Assembly: GCF_030684315.1 (NCBI RefSeq)
Contig: NC_081356.1
Span: 87,156,835-87,220,834, forward strand
Source: Stegostoma tigrinum
Taxonomy: Eukaryota
Direction of reading: 5' to 3'
Length of the DNA stretch: 64,000 bases
The notes under the pieces were generated by a model, which saw only the letters and a list, made by a program, of their open reading frames with translations, had not been told where the DNA came from and ran no database searches. Below, in pieces: positions 49,387-62,789 of the stretch (position 1 is the stretch's first letter; each line of letters starts with the position of its first letter). A program made the position numbers and the translations under genes.

Positions 49387-49677
49387 CATAGAATCCCTAC
49401 AATGCGGAAGCAGGCCATTTGGCCCGACAAGTCTGCATTGATCTTCCAGACCCACCTCTCCTACTCCAGCTCTGTTACCTTATATTTCCCATGGCTAATC
49501 CACCTAACCTGCACATCTTTGGACTGTTAAAGGAAACTGGAACACCTGGAAGAAACTCACACAGACACAGAAAGAACATGCAAACTATGAACAGACAGTC
49601 ACCTAAGGCTGGAATGAAAACCGGGTCCCTGGCAAAGTGAGGCAGCAGTGCTTGCCACTGAGTCACCATGTTTGCCC
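49387..49677 (-). mobile_element. HE1/V-SINE-like SINE
   Basis: Reverse complement of the 18711 family. Confidence 0.8.
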
Positions 49678-50967
49678 TATTACAATCTGTCTTCCTGAGT
49701 ATTATTGCTGTAGACATTTCTGGCACATCTATTTTAACTTCTTTTCCAAGAACAGCTGAAAAGACCAACGGTATGTTTCCATGCTGTACATCTCTATGAT
49801 TCTATGACTCAATAACACTTTAACAGAATCTACCCTTCAGGTATTTGAAAGTTTATGTCAAGAAGGCTCTCAACATTCCCAAACAAAATGCCTTACTTGT
49901 TGTTAAATTTTATTAACTTATTTATCAAATTGCAAACAGTTTTGGCAAAATTGTAATGCCATTGTTTGGCAAGAATTTGATGCTTAAAAATTAAGTTGCT
50001 GCTGCATGTATTGTTAGATTATAAAAGCATTTGATGATAAAATATGTACCAACATTGCAGTTTGGCTACAAAAGAATTATCAACAAGCTTGCATTGCAGT
50101 GGAGTGCTTGCTTAAAAGCTGTTCCCATTTGTACAAAAGTGTGAAAATACCATAAGAATAATGTTTTAATAGTTATTCACTAAGATGCTCTGCTTAAATA
50201 TAGTTTGCTGTCTTACTTTGAATACGTACTTCTCAAAATCCAATATCCAATTTTCAAATCCATTATTCCAAGGGCTTGCCAAATGCATGCTACCATAAGA
50301 TTGCTAGTAAGATGAGCTAACCAGTTCTGTTGAAAGGTGTAAATTATATAGATATATGTAAGTTATTTGTGGAAAGTGTTGTGTTCAGTTTTTACATATA
50401 TTTATTTATTTTGTTATCAAGTACAGGACCCAGGTTATCTTGCTACAACTGTACAGGGCATTGGTAAGACCACACCTGAGTATCGCATGTAATTTTAGTC
50501 TCCTTATCTGAGAAAGGATGTTCTCTCGATCAGGAGTGCAGCAAATGTTTACCAGCGTGGGGTGGCAGAACAAGAGGTAATTAGTCATACATCAATGACC
50601 TTTAGTTTTAAAGGAGCTGGGTAATATCTTGCTAAAAATGAAATTGACAGTAATGAGGTATAATTTCCAACTGGCCTTATTACTATATAATACAATCTGT
50701 GTCCTCTGATAACTGACCCTTTAGTCATTGGATCTTCAACTATTTTCACTTTATTTACTCGAAATGCCCCATAGTTTTGAATGCCTCTATCAAATAACCT
50801 CTCTATCATAACTGTAAGTAAGAAAACTTCTGCCCACACAAATATAATCCCACATCCCTGAAATCATAATTGTAAATCTCTTGTGCAGCTTCTCCAAAAA
50901 CAACACATCATTCTTAAAATGTGGTGCCCAAAATTGGACACAATACATTTGCTGGTGACAAATTAAT

Positions 50968-52092
50968 GTCATAGAATCTCTGTAGTGCAGAAAGAGGCCA
51001 TTTGACCCTATTAAGTACGCATTGACCTTCTGAACAGCATCCCACCCAGACCTAACACCATAATTCCACATTTAGAACATAGAACATAGAACAGTACAGC
51101 ACAGAACAGGCCCTTCAGCCCACAATGTTGTGCCGACCATTGATCCTCATGTATGCACCCTCAAATTTCTGTGACCATATACATGTCCAGCAGTCTCTTA
51201 AATGACCCCAATGACCTTGCTTCCACAACTGCTGCTGGCAACGCAGTCCATGCTCTCACAACTCTCTGCGTAAAGAACCTGCCTCTGACATCCCCTCTAT
51301 ACTTTCCACCAACCAGCTTAAAACTATGACCCCTCGTGCTAGCCATTTCTGCCCTGGGAAATAGTCTCTGGCTATGAACTCTATCTATGCCTCTCATTAT
51401 CTTGTATACCTCAATTAGGTCCCCTCTCCTCCTCCTTTTCTCCAATGAAAAGAGACCGAGCTCAGTCAACCTCTCTTCATAAGATAAGCCCTCCAGTCCA
51501 GGCAGCATCCTGGTAAACTTCCTCTGAACCCTCTCCAAAGCATCCACATCTTTCCTATAATAGGGCGCCCAGAACTGGACGCAGTATTCCAAGTGCAGTC
51601 TAACCAAAGTTTTATAGAGCTGCAACAAGATCTCACGACTCTTAAACTCAATCCCCCTGTTAATGAAAGCCAAAACACCATATGCTTTCCTAACAACCCT
51701 GTCCACTTGGGTGGCCATTTTAAGGGATCTATGTATCTGCACACCAAGATCCCTCTGTTCCTCCACGCTGCCAAGAATCCTATCGTTAATCCTGTACTCA
51801 GCTTTCAAATTCAACCTTCCAAAATGCATCACCTCGCATTTATCCAGGTTGAACTCCATCTGCCACCTCTCAGCCCATCTCTGCATCCTGTTACTATGGT
51901 TAATCTACCTGCACCCTATGGACAATTTAGCATGGCTAATCCGCCTAACCTGCATACCTTTGGATTGTGGGAAGAAATCAGAGCACTGAGAGGAACTGCA
52001 CACAGATGCAGGGAGAACATGCAGACTCGCACCAGGTAGTCACCCAAGGCTGGAATTGAATCCAGATTCCTGGCACTGTGGGGCAGCAGTGC
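50968..52092 (-). mobile_element. HE1/V-SINE-like SINE split by a CR1 (50968-51072 + 51891-52092)
   Basis: Two halves join into the family consensus. Confidence 0.8.
51073..51890 (-). mobile_element. young 5'-truncated CR1 LINE, uninterrupted 241-aa ORF2 C-terminus
   Basis: ORF 51161-51886 WQMEFNLDKCEVMHFG..LYKTLVRLHLEYCVQFW..TRGHSFKL; (TAGAACA)3 tail at 51073-51093. Confidence 0.92.
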
Positions 52093-54354
52093 TCACAACT
52101 GAGATACCATATCATGTCTTCTGTAGATTTTCCATAATTGCCTGACTTTTACTTTCTATGAGCTAATTTTCTAATGAGTGGGTATGGATCAAGTTGAAGG
52201 ACAACCTCAAGTTTTCATTTCCCAACCATACCTGACTTCAACACATATTTTCAGTTTTTTTAAGAGGTCAAAAGGTAATTAAGTGGCTGATCAATTCTAA
52301 AGAGGAAACTTGTAACTTTAAGTACCACTATTTATTGTGGACCCCATTTTCATTCAGGTTTGAAACTTTAAGGGCTGTCAGCTCGTTTCCTGAGTGTCAG
52401 GTAACTACAGCAGCTCCCTCAAGATGGGGATTTGGTAGAATCGGGACATCCTTGAACCAGGGGTCTGATTGCTGTTGCTGTGTTGTGATCTGTCTCTAAC
52501 AACTCCGCTCTTCCAGCCTCCCCCACACTCACAGTATTCCCACAGTGACTTCCCAATTTCATTTGCAAACTCTGATTCAATCCACCCAACCACACCCTTG
52601 ACTTCCCCAAATCTCAGGGACCAACCTCCCCAGAACTCTGAAACCCCACACTCCCCAGACTTCTAAGTCACCACTATCACCAAGAGACTTCTACCCTCTC
52701 CTATTTCAGAGCCCAATCACTTCCCCTACACCAGGTCTCCAAGTCCACCCTTCCATCTCTCAGAATCTCTAGTTACACTTTGCCCTAGCCTCCAATTTTC
52801 ATTCCTAGGTTTCTAATATCATGCCCACACTAAGAAACATCTGACCTCTGCCCTCAGATTCCATTTCTTCCACCACTAGGCCACAAGTCTCTGCCACCTC
52901 AAAGTCATCTAATGCCTGCTAATGCTTCCAATTCTCCACATGCCCTCAAGTCCGTTAGTGACCCCACCATAAGACTGCCAACCTGTGCTTGGGACCAGTA
53001 GTTTATCAACTGAGGCTCCCTCCTTCACCTACACAGATCAAGCATCCTAGTCCTGGACTGAATCAGGCCCTTCTCTTCCTTTAATCAATACCTCTGACGG
53101 TTCACCTCTCTGGTTATTTCTCAAGTACAAACACTGCCATACATTATACCACCCCTCCCCTTCATTAATCAGATAACACCCTAATGTTTATTATCCTTCC
53201 CTTCAGAACACCTTTCTCAGCACAGACTTATTTGCTGTTGTGGCTATCATTGACTGCTTTCCCATCTGAGTGAATACTTAGCTGAGGTCTGACAAGGGAA
53301 CAATCCAATGACATCAGTGACATTCATTAAAGTTAGAGTCCACAGTATTTAGAGGTCTCCCAAATGGTGAGCTACTTCGCTGACCTTTTCAACTGACCCT
53401 GTGAGTTGGGTTAGTTCAGTTCAAATTCTGTCTGTAAGCCTCTATTTATAGAGCCCCAGATTCCATTTACTTTATTAACTGTTTGTGTTAACCTTTCATG
53501 CCACCTTCAAAGATTGGCACCTCTCGATGGAACTTCATGGCTTCTCTCACAACCACTTTGGAGATGGGAAAGGCATTTGATGAGGTGGGATGGTAGCATG
53601 TGTATGACCAATGCATGGATGAAGGTCCTCAATTTGCTACGATCCCATGTGAAGAGGGTGAAACTGGCTTCCCTCCTTTAGTTAAATATAAATCCCCGCC
53701 CTATTAGTTATAATAAGGTGGACTTAAAACAAACAATCTCTTTCCTTGTGGATACTATTCGCAGTTCCAATGTATTCGCGTTTTAAAAGGAGTCAAATTA
53801 ATTAAGCCTTCCTGAATTAGAGAAAGAATGAGCTCACTAGTTACTAAAATGCAAGGAAACATAAAAAGCAATGATTTACACACAGACTAAAAGTGAAGTA
53901 AATAAAAAGATAACAGTCAAAAAGGTAAACAAATCAGTTCTTGATTTGTTTGTATAAAATAACTGATGAAACATCGCAGCTGTTAAGCTGATGGATTCTG
54001 GTAATGTTGCCACTAGCAAGTGAGCTGTTAGTTTGGACAATCTGGGTTTGCAAATTAGCCAAAAATAATTGATTGGTTTTCTGTTTGAATACAACTTTTG
54101 ACTGTCAATTTGCTTCTCGCAATCAGAGAGAGAAAAAGACATGGACTTTCCTTTCTTCTTTACCTAAAAACAAAGACTACATTTACTTACCTCACATTAT
54201 GTCCATAGTCTGGGGATGTAATGCACAAGAGGTGATTCAGGCTTTTGTATTATATCTATTCCTTTGAAGTGCTTCTCTGAAATTCCATGGTACTCATCGA
54301 GGTATGACATTCGGAGAACTCTCTACAGGTTGAGTGTAACACAGAGCGAAGTCC

Positions 54355-54518
54355 AAGGCTGTGCTGGCTATGTGGATTAGCCATGGCAAATGCAAGGCTA
54401 CAGGGATAGACTAGAGGGCTGGATCTGGGTGGGATGCTGTTCAGAGGGACAGTGTGGACTCAATAGGCTGAATGGCCTGCATTCCACCCAGCATGAATTC
54501 TATGATTCTATTCTATGT
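54355..54518 (+). mobile_element. HE1-like SINE 3' half
   Basis: GGATCTGGGTGGGATGCTGTTCAGAGGG..TTCTATGATTCTAT. Confidence 0.65.
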
Positions 54519-55625
54519 ATTTTTTTTAGAAAACCTCTACGTAATTTGGGGCTGTAATTCATTTTCATCCCATTGCCTGAAGCCACTATGATTCCTGCCT
54601 CCTCCTGAGGTCAAAGAAAGGAAGCAGCTGGTTAGACCTCCTGCACGGCCACCAGTCGAGGCTCTAAAGTGTGCAATTAATAATCAATTAAAGGACCTCA
54701 TCCCATCCTACCTTGTACTTCGTGATATTGTTTTAATGGGAAACAATTAGATTCAGTTTTCAATGTCAGTACTGATAAGTTCTTTGACTTTGTGAATACC
54801 TAAACTTTAGTTTAAACTTTAGGTTAGGTTTTAAATCAAAGGTTGATTCTAGTTAATAGAAACCAACATACATATCCTAAATACACGTTACTTCAGCCTT
54901 ATTAGTCACTCACATCTGCATCCTGAAAAACTGGATTGTAATTCTTATTATATTGTGCAACAGCTAGAGCATTCTGTACTGAGAAAAATCATTACATTCA
55001 CACAGCAGTATCTGTTTGCAGGACACTATGGCTTTAACATTTTAAGATGCATTTTGTTATGATATTTTTCATGAAAGAAAAGTTGAGATAGAAATAATGA
55101 GCAGTCTACTCAAAGCCAATAGAGTAAACAGCTTGTGAGGCCTTGAAGATTTTTTGAAAGTTGGAACAATAGAAGCAGCCTGAATGGGTGGCGTCAAGCT
55201 CCCAGAGAACCTGAACTTTTAGTTTTAAAGGTTTGCAGTTGCTGGGATCTTAAAGCTGAATGTGGACATTCTTGTTTCTCTCTGTGTTACAGCTATAAAC
55301 TGGGATCCTCCTCCTGCTATCAGAATTAATGTGAAACAGTCTAGTTCACTGAACTTGTGAAGGGTGCGTTTATGGGATGTTACTATATTAGAACAGCTAA
55401 TTAATAGTTGTTTAGTAATTTTGTAAAGCATTTTGATTGAGTTACAGTTAAGCAAAATCTTTTTATTTTGTCCGTACTCTAAATGTAGCATACAAATAAA
55501 GTGTGTTTTGCTTAATGTTGAGTAGCTTGACCAATTAAATTGCACCTGGAATGCAACGCCTTACACTACTTTTAAAATAAGAGAAAAAGTTATTATCTTT
55601 ATGAGTTATTATCTTTAAAAGTTAT

Positions 55626-56110
55626 ACGAGATCAATTCCTGGAATGGCGGGACTATCATATGTCGAAAGATTGGAGCGACTGGGCTTGTATACACTTGAG
55701 TTTAGAAGGATGAGAGGGGATCTGATTGAGACGTATAAGATTATTAAGGGATTGGACAATCTGGAGGCAGGAAGTATGTTTCCATTGATGGGGGAGGCCA
55801 GAACCAGAGGACACAGTTTAAAAATAAGAGGTAGGCCATTTAGAACAGAGTTGAGGAGAAACGTCTTCACCCAGAGAGTGGTGGATATATGGAATGCTCT
55901 GCCCCAGAAGGCAGTGGAAGCCAATTCTCTGGATAGTTTCAAGAAAGAGATGGATAGAGATCTTAAAGATAGTGGAATCAAGGGTTATGGGGATCAGGCA
56001 GGAACAGGATACTGATTGTGGATGATCAGTCATGAACATAATGAATAGTGGTGCTGGCTCGAAGGGCTGAATGGCCTACTCCTGCACCTATTGTCTATTA
56101 TCTATTGTCT
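55626..56110 (+). mobile_element. young CR1 LINE 3' end
   Basis: ORF 55644-56015 GLSYVERLERLGLYTLEFRRMRGDLIETYKI..WNALP; CTATTGT-type tail. Confidence 0.9.
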
Positions 56111-57239
56111 GTCTTCTTAATATGTTTTGAGGGGGTTGGTCTGGTCCATTACACTGCGATATCTAGTATTGCAACGAAGTGTCAATTTAAGAGCAACTGT
56201 TGTAACTGCAGACAGAAAATTAACATAGAAAATGCCAGAAACACACATTAGGCTAGCAGCATATGTGGAGAGAGAAATAGAGTTAACATGTAGGTTGATG
56301 ATCTCTGAAAGGATCAATGTTATTTTATAATTGAATATCTACATCAATAATGTCATTGCACTTTTAAAACAAAAATATAGTATTTTTATGAAGGTTATGT
56401 CGACAAACTACGGTAACATTTCTGCTTGAAGAAATAAAACCAGAATTTTATTATATTCCTGTTAAACTCTGAACTAAATATTGTATTTCATTTTAATTTA
56501 TCTAAACTTGTGTCTTAATAGTCAACTTCAAAAATAATGTAGAGGTCACATGAATAAAAAGTCCAACTGTTCAAAAGTTAAAAAGATGATTTTCATTAAT
56601 GTCAAGTTGACTTAGGACGATAGTCATGAAAATTCTAAGCCCTCAGTCAGGATGTGAAGTTTTAAAGTTGAGGTCATGTTGTACTCTGAGACATGGGTGA
56701 AAAGACTTTAAAAACAATTCATTCCGGATCGAGTGCAAGAGGTTTGATGAATGCGGAATGAAATGGAGGTGATCCATGCTATCTATACTTTTATCCAGAT
56801 CGGCAACAGCTTTTCCACCAAGAAGACAGTCAATGAAACACAAGTGTCTTACTCTGGTGAAGGCAATAATTCCCTGTCTAGTTTCAACTTTTATGTTAAC
56901 TGAAAATGCGCTGTGCATTTTCTGATTCAAAGTTATAGATGAGATTATATTATATTTCTTACATATGTTAAATTCACCTTATTTCTGCAGGCACAAAGGT
57001 TTGTTGTTAACTTTCATGACAATCATAATTAGGTCCATGCTTAACCCCCCATAATCAGACAAGTAATTGTGTTTCAAACACTGAAAGAACTAAAATCTTT
57101 GACTACTGGGTCTGACAAAGTTTCTTTCTCAAGGAGAGATACTTTTCGCTGAGTACATAGATCAACTGGGATAAAACAGTAGAAATTACATTTGTCAGGC
57201 CCCACCGTACAGCAATTTAGCTCACAATACCTCAGAGGT

Positions 57240-57427
57240 AAGTAAGATAGGGATAAGGTCCCCTGGTTGTTTTTTCAGAATATTCACTGTTTGATTGGCA
57301 GATGCGTAAAACAAACCTTACTGGTCCATTCTGCATTATTAGGCTTTAACAACACCACAGTACAGCGCTGCAGTAATTCACGCATGAGGGAACTGAGTGC
57401 CTATACTCAGGAGAAGACAGACACAAG
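57240..57427 (+). promoter_or_regulatory. putative lix1 proximal promoter/5' UTR
   Basis: Inverted CCAAT (ATTGG 57294-57298) and paired GATA-like sites 57245-57256 just upstream of the ATG. Confidence 0.4.
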
Positions 57428-57509
57428 ATGGATAATGCAATGAAATCTATGCAAGATACAATTTGTTCATTGCTACCTGACAAAAATCCAGCGTTTATCT
57501 TTAAAGACT
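57428..57509 (+). CDS. lix1: Limb expression 1 (LIX1) coding exon 1, MDNAMKSMQDTICSLLPDKNPAFIFKD(L); rest of gene not found in window
   Basis: AAGATGG start, 82 nt then GTGAGT donor; aligns without gaps to the human N-terminus as I recall it ([28 protein letters not shown]); LIX1 is the downstream neighbour of RIOK2 in human. Confidence 0.88.
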
Positions 57510-59019
57510 GTGAGTTAATTTTATACAACATTTGAAAAATTATTCCATAAATCTATTATTGTATTTTCGTATACCAATAGAAAAGTCTAAATTACTTTAG
57601 CATGTTTATAGGCTCACGATATACCTTGCAAGGCTGCATGTCTTTTTGCAAAGTATGCATATTTCTACCATAATAATATTAAATAGTTGCAATAATGAAA
57701 AGATCAAAAATGCAATTGATTTTGAACATCATATAAAAGCACATATCAGCACATTTCTTGTTTTATCTTGCTCTTACCGCTACTATTTTTACTTAATTAT
57801 TATGAAGTGGAGCTTTGCACGCAATAAAAATAACATTTCATAGATTTGCTTTATCTCTTAGATCTCGCTGAATCTATGATAGCAAGAAATAGCCCTTTTG
57901 GAACTAATACTGCTTTGCTTCAAAGAAATCTGAATGCTGTTTTATATATAGCTGGTTCTGCCATGTGGCCTGAAGCAAATATGTTCAATCAGTCAAGATG
58001 GATTTTAAACCAATTACTCTTTGAAATATAAAACATATAACACAAAGGGAAACTACAGTGGTTTGTTAATTTTATGATGACAGTTTCTGCCTCCTTAAAA
58101 TATTGTGGCTGTCTAAAACTCACAGGGATAATTTCTTTAATTATTTGGGACTACACTTTGACTAACACCTTGGGGGCACTCCATAAATTAAGTTTGTGGT
58201 ATTTATCTGTAACTAGTCCATATAGCACAGAGATGAACTTCCAAAGTATGCATTTGTAATATACTGAGTGCTGACAGAATTTTCCTTAACTGCATTTTCA
58301 TTAAAAGTGGCATTTTTTAATTTAACAAATACTGCAGTGGGTAATTTTTAACGGCAAAAATAAATTGATGAATACAAATCCTTTATTATTTTAAACTGTA
58401 AATTGTCATTGAATTTATTTAAATAATAATATGTATGTAAATTTGTAATATACATTACATTTAACAGTTCTGACCTCATTTCCAGTAAGTAAGTTAATAA
58501 ATAAAAATAACAAAATGCAGGTAAAATAGTCAAGCAATATTGGTAAGTTAGATGAAAGAGGCAAATTAAGATCACAGAGAACAGAACGTCTTTGAAGTTA
58601 ACAAACCTGGAAGAAAAGTGTTAATAAATTGAACAGGAAAATTGAAAACAAAGACAGGAAACACTTAGAAATACATAGAAGACCATTCAGTAATTGTAAA
58701 GAGATAATGTCAGATAGCATTTCAGATCTCATATGTTTATCCAGACCTGAGTTTATACTTTTGTTGGCAGTATATTTCAAGCATGTTGCATTTGTCTCAA
58801 TTTGCAATGTTTCCATTTCTTTCACTTGTACAGATTAAATACAGTTATATCTCATTTGGCCTTTGAAATCTCTACCATATCCAATATCTGATAGAAATAC
58901 TTATTAACAACTTACATCACGGAAAAGCTCATTCTTGTGATTGCTGCATGCTTTCCATTATTAATTTTCAGTTGATGAGGTTAAAAATGTAACAGATTTC
59001 TGGTGTTGTGACCCTTTTT

Positions 59020-60325
59020 TTAAATTCATTCTTGGGAGGTGGGCCATTGGCTGAGCCAACATTTATTAGCCATCCCTAATTGCCCTAGAACAGATATTGG
59101 TGAGCTGCTTTCTTGAACCACAGCAGTGCTTTTGGTACAGGTACTTCCATAATGCTGTTTGGGAGGGAGCTGCAAGAAATTGACCTAACAAGTATAAAGG
59201 AACAGTAATACAGTTCCATGTCAGGGTGGTGGACAGGAACTTGCACATAGTGCGATATGGTTTTTCCCCATATATTGGCTTCCCTTGTCCCTCTAGATGG
59301 TAGTGGTTTTGGGTTTGCAAGTTGATACTAAGGAGCTTTGGTGAATTTCTGCAGTGCAATTTGTAGACAGTACACATCGCTCTTAAAGAACATCAGCGGT
59401 GGAGGGAGAATACGGTGCCAATCAAACAGGCTGCTTTGTCCTGGATGGTGTAAAGTTTCTTGAGTGTTGCTAAAGTTGCACTCATCCAGGCAAGTTCAGA
59501 ATATACCTTCACACTCCTGACTTGTGTCTTGGTGGACAGGTTTTGGCGAGTCAAGAGGTGAGTTAATCACTGTCAGATTTCTTGCCTCTGACATGCAGTT
59601 GTATCCACCGTATTTGTGTATCCAGTTCAGTTTCTGGTCAATGATGGATGTTGTGAGTTAGGGATTCAGCAATGAGCGAAAGTCAGGTTCTCTTTTCTCA
59701 GCCTGGCAATTGTGTGGCATAAATATTAGTTGCCCCAAATGTGAACATCATCCAGATCTTGTTGTATTTGTATATGGGCTGAGGAGTCATGAATGGGGGT
59801 GAAAACTGTGCAATCATTGGTGAACATCCCCATTTCCGACCATATAATGGAGAAAAGAACGTTGATGAAGCAGCTGAAGAGGAATGGGCTAGGTCGCTAA
59901 CTGGTAAACTTCTATAGAGATATCCTTGGACTGAGATCACCAGTCTCGAACAACCACAATGATTTTCTTTTATGCCTGGTATAAGTCCAACCAGTGGCAC
60001 ATTCTTCCCTGATTCCCATTGACTCCAGTTTTCACAAGCCTCCTTGATGCCGCACTCAATCAAATGTGGCCTTGATGTCAAGGGCAGTCACTGTCATCTC
60101 ATCGCTGGAGTTCTGCTCTTTTCACTCCATTCAATCTAAGCAATAAGATCAGGAGCTCCATGACTCAGGCAGAACCCAAACTGATTGTGAGTGAGCAGGG
60201 CATTGCGAAGCATGTGCTGCTTCATTGCATTGTTGGTAATCCCTTCCATCACATTACTGATGATCAAGAGTAGACTGACGATGTGGTAATTGGCTAGTTT
60301 GGATTGTCCTGCCTGTGGTGTACGG
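59020..60325 (-). mobile_element. CR1/L2-group LINE in lix1 intron 1
   Basis: Same family as 7360-9590 (CAGGCTGCTTTGTCCTGGATGGTG etc.). Confidence 0.75.
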
Positions 60326-61789
60326 GAAGTACGTCAGCGGTTTGAAGATTACAAAACAGCTTTACACAGTTTCAAGAAACTATTTTTGAAATTGTAAAGC
60401 TGTTTTATAATCTTGAAACATCAGTTCCAATCAGCACAGAAGTTAAACATTTAGCTGACTACAGAAGATTTTAATAGGACTTAATTGAAGAAGTTATTTG
60501 CTTTTCTATGCTTCTATTTTTCATTTTCCACTCAATCTCAACACTGAGTTACTAGTACCATATGAATTATGCAGAGCTGCACCCACTGGATTCACCTTGG
60601 TGAATATCAAGAATCAAATTTTCATTATAATTAGTTTCATATGGTATATCAAAAGACAGAACTCATTGCAGTCATAATATAGATTCCTTTACAATTATTA
60701 ATTTAAAATCTGGCATTCATATTGTAGACAAACTCCTATGAGCACCAGCATTGTGCTAGTTGAGATTTATAATCCTACTGACATCTATAATACTTGGTCA
60801 CTGATTGAATGGCAAGATACAGGTAAGTAATGCAGGATGTTATTTAGATTTGGTCTCCCAAAAACTCTCAATGTGGCATACAGAGATTAACCAAGGAGTG
60901 TATATGAATGAATCCCATATTTCAGAAACAAAAGCTATTTGTACTTTTAAAAGCAACTACCATCTTTTTTGAACCATGTTCCTGACATCCAATGATGATA
61001 AAGTCCATAAACTAGTGGGGCACGAATTTTATCAGTCACAGAGCATTTAAAATATAGAACCAGCAACAGGAAACATATGCTACATATGCATTTATGACTT
61101 TCATTATATCAAGCTAAGAGCTCAGAATACACAAATACTGTTTCTTCAGCTGCTTGATACCTTCCCTAGATCTGCCTGATTTTACATTTCATGTGCTTGT
61201 CAACATGAACAATGAGGCATTTTATTATTGCTGAAAAAGTCGTATTTTATCAAAACCTTTCATCTTGCACTTATTAGAACAAGTCACAAGAATATCAATG
61301 TGAAAGAGAACAGGATTTTTATACTGAATGAGAAATGCCTTTGACTGGTTGGAAAAGTAGATGCTGATTGTTTGCCGTTCCCCATCACATTGGCATTCTT
61401 GAAAATTGGCCTGATGAGTGGAAGATGAAAAGCTTTGACAAAATGTGTCCTTTATTCAGCAATACTCAAGTTCTATATTCGCAAATGACTATTTGTATGA
61501 GGAATTGTTTTGAATATTTGAGCACCTTTCTATTCTCAGAAAACATGAAACTAAAAGCAGGAGAAACAGGATCTGAAGAAAACATTTAATTGGAAGTCAG
61601 TTGAAAGATAGGCTTGTGCAGAGATCTTGCAAAAATAGTTTAATTAATTTGCGAATAACCAAACACTCAAAGAAATGTCATTTTTTGAAATGGTTGTTTT
61701 CATGTAAATATTTCAGAAGTAGAATGAACACTGTTGGAAGATGGTTTTAATGCTCCATGCTTTATTCCATCTTCCATTACATCCACTAC

Positions 61790-62200
61790 TGTAATCCTCT
61801 ATTCCCCTCTCTCTTGTTTCCACTGAAATAGCTCTCTACTATTCCTTCTGGCCACTCCCAATACTGTTGAATTCCACATTGTCATCAATCTGTGGGTGAA
61901 AAGATTTCTTCTGAATTTCCCATTGGATTTCTTGGTGGCTATTTTATATTGATAGCCTCTAATTGGGCTTTTCCCCAAGAGAGAAATCATCCTTTCTGTA
62001 TCCACCCAGAAAAATATCTCATAATTTTATATTATATGTATTAAATCACACAGCATTTTTTCAAGAGCAAACATGCCCAGCCTCTTAGCTATTCCATTTG
62101 TATACCTACATATTACTGGTATCATCCTTGTAAGTCTTCTTCACTCTCTTCATTACCTCAAATGTCATTGTTACTGTATAATGAGTAGAATTGCTTGCAA
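61790..62200 (-). mobile_element. old CR1 fragment
   Basis: IRGYQYKI..FRRNLFTHRLMTMWNS. Confidence 0.6.
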
Positions 62201-62789
62201 CTTTCTATGTGTGATGAAACCAACAATTGATTCAGATTTAGCACATCTTCCCAACTTTTCAATTCAATAACTCTAGAAATAAGGTGACAGTTTTATTGGC
62301 AACCTAGGAAATTGGTGTGCTGCAAACAAACACTAAGCGTTCCTTAATTACAATTAGTTGAAAAATGAGAAGGGACCTGCAATGAATGATCAGAATGTTT
62401 CATGGCAGGATGTTCTTAAGGCGAGGAAATCAAACAATATTTTTTTTAAATTCATTCAGGTAATGTGAACTTCATTGACTGGATTTATTACCTTTTCCAA
62501 ATTTCCCTTGAGAAGTTGCCTTCTTAAACTGCTGTAGTATATTTGGTGTTGGTATACCCTTAGTGCCAGTAGGAAAAGAGTTTCAGGATTTTGACCCAAC
62601 AACACTGATATATTTCCAAAAAGCAGGAAGATTTTGGAAGGTGTAATGCAAATTCTTACAAAGCGAAATAATATGGTCAAAATTTTTAATAATGATATCC
62701 AGAGCAGGATAAGAAGGGACAGAATACGCCAGTATTTAAATAAAGCAAATAGGGTCAAAGGGAAAGCAAAATTGTAAAAACACAAAATT

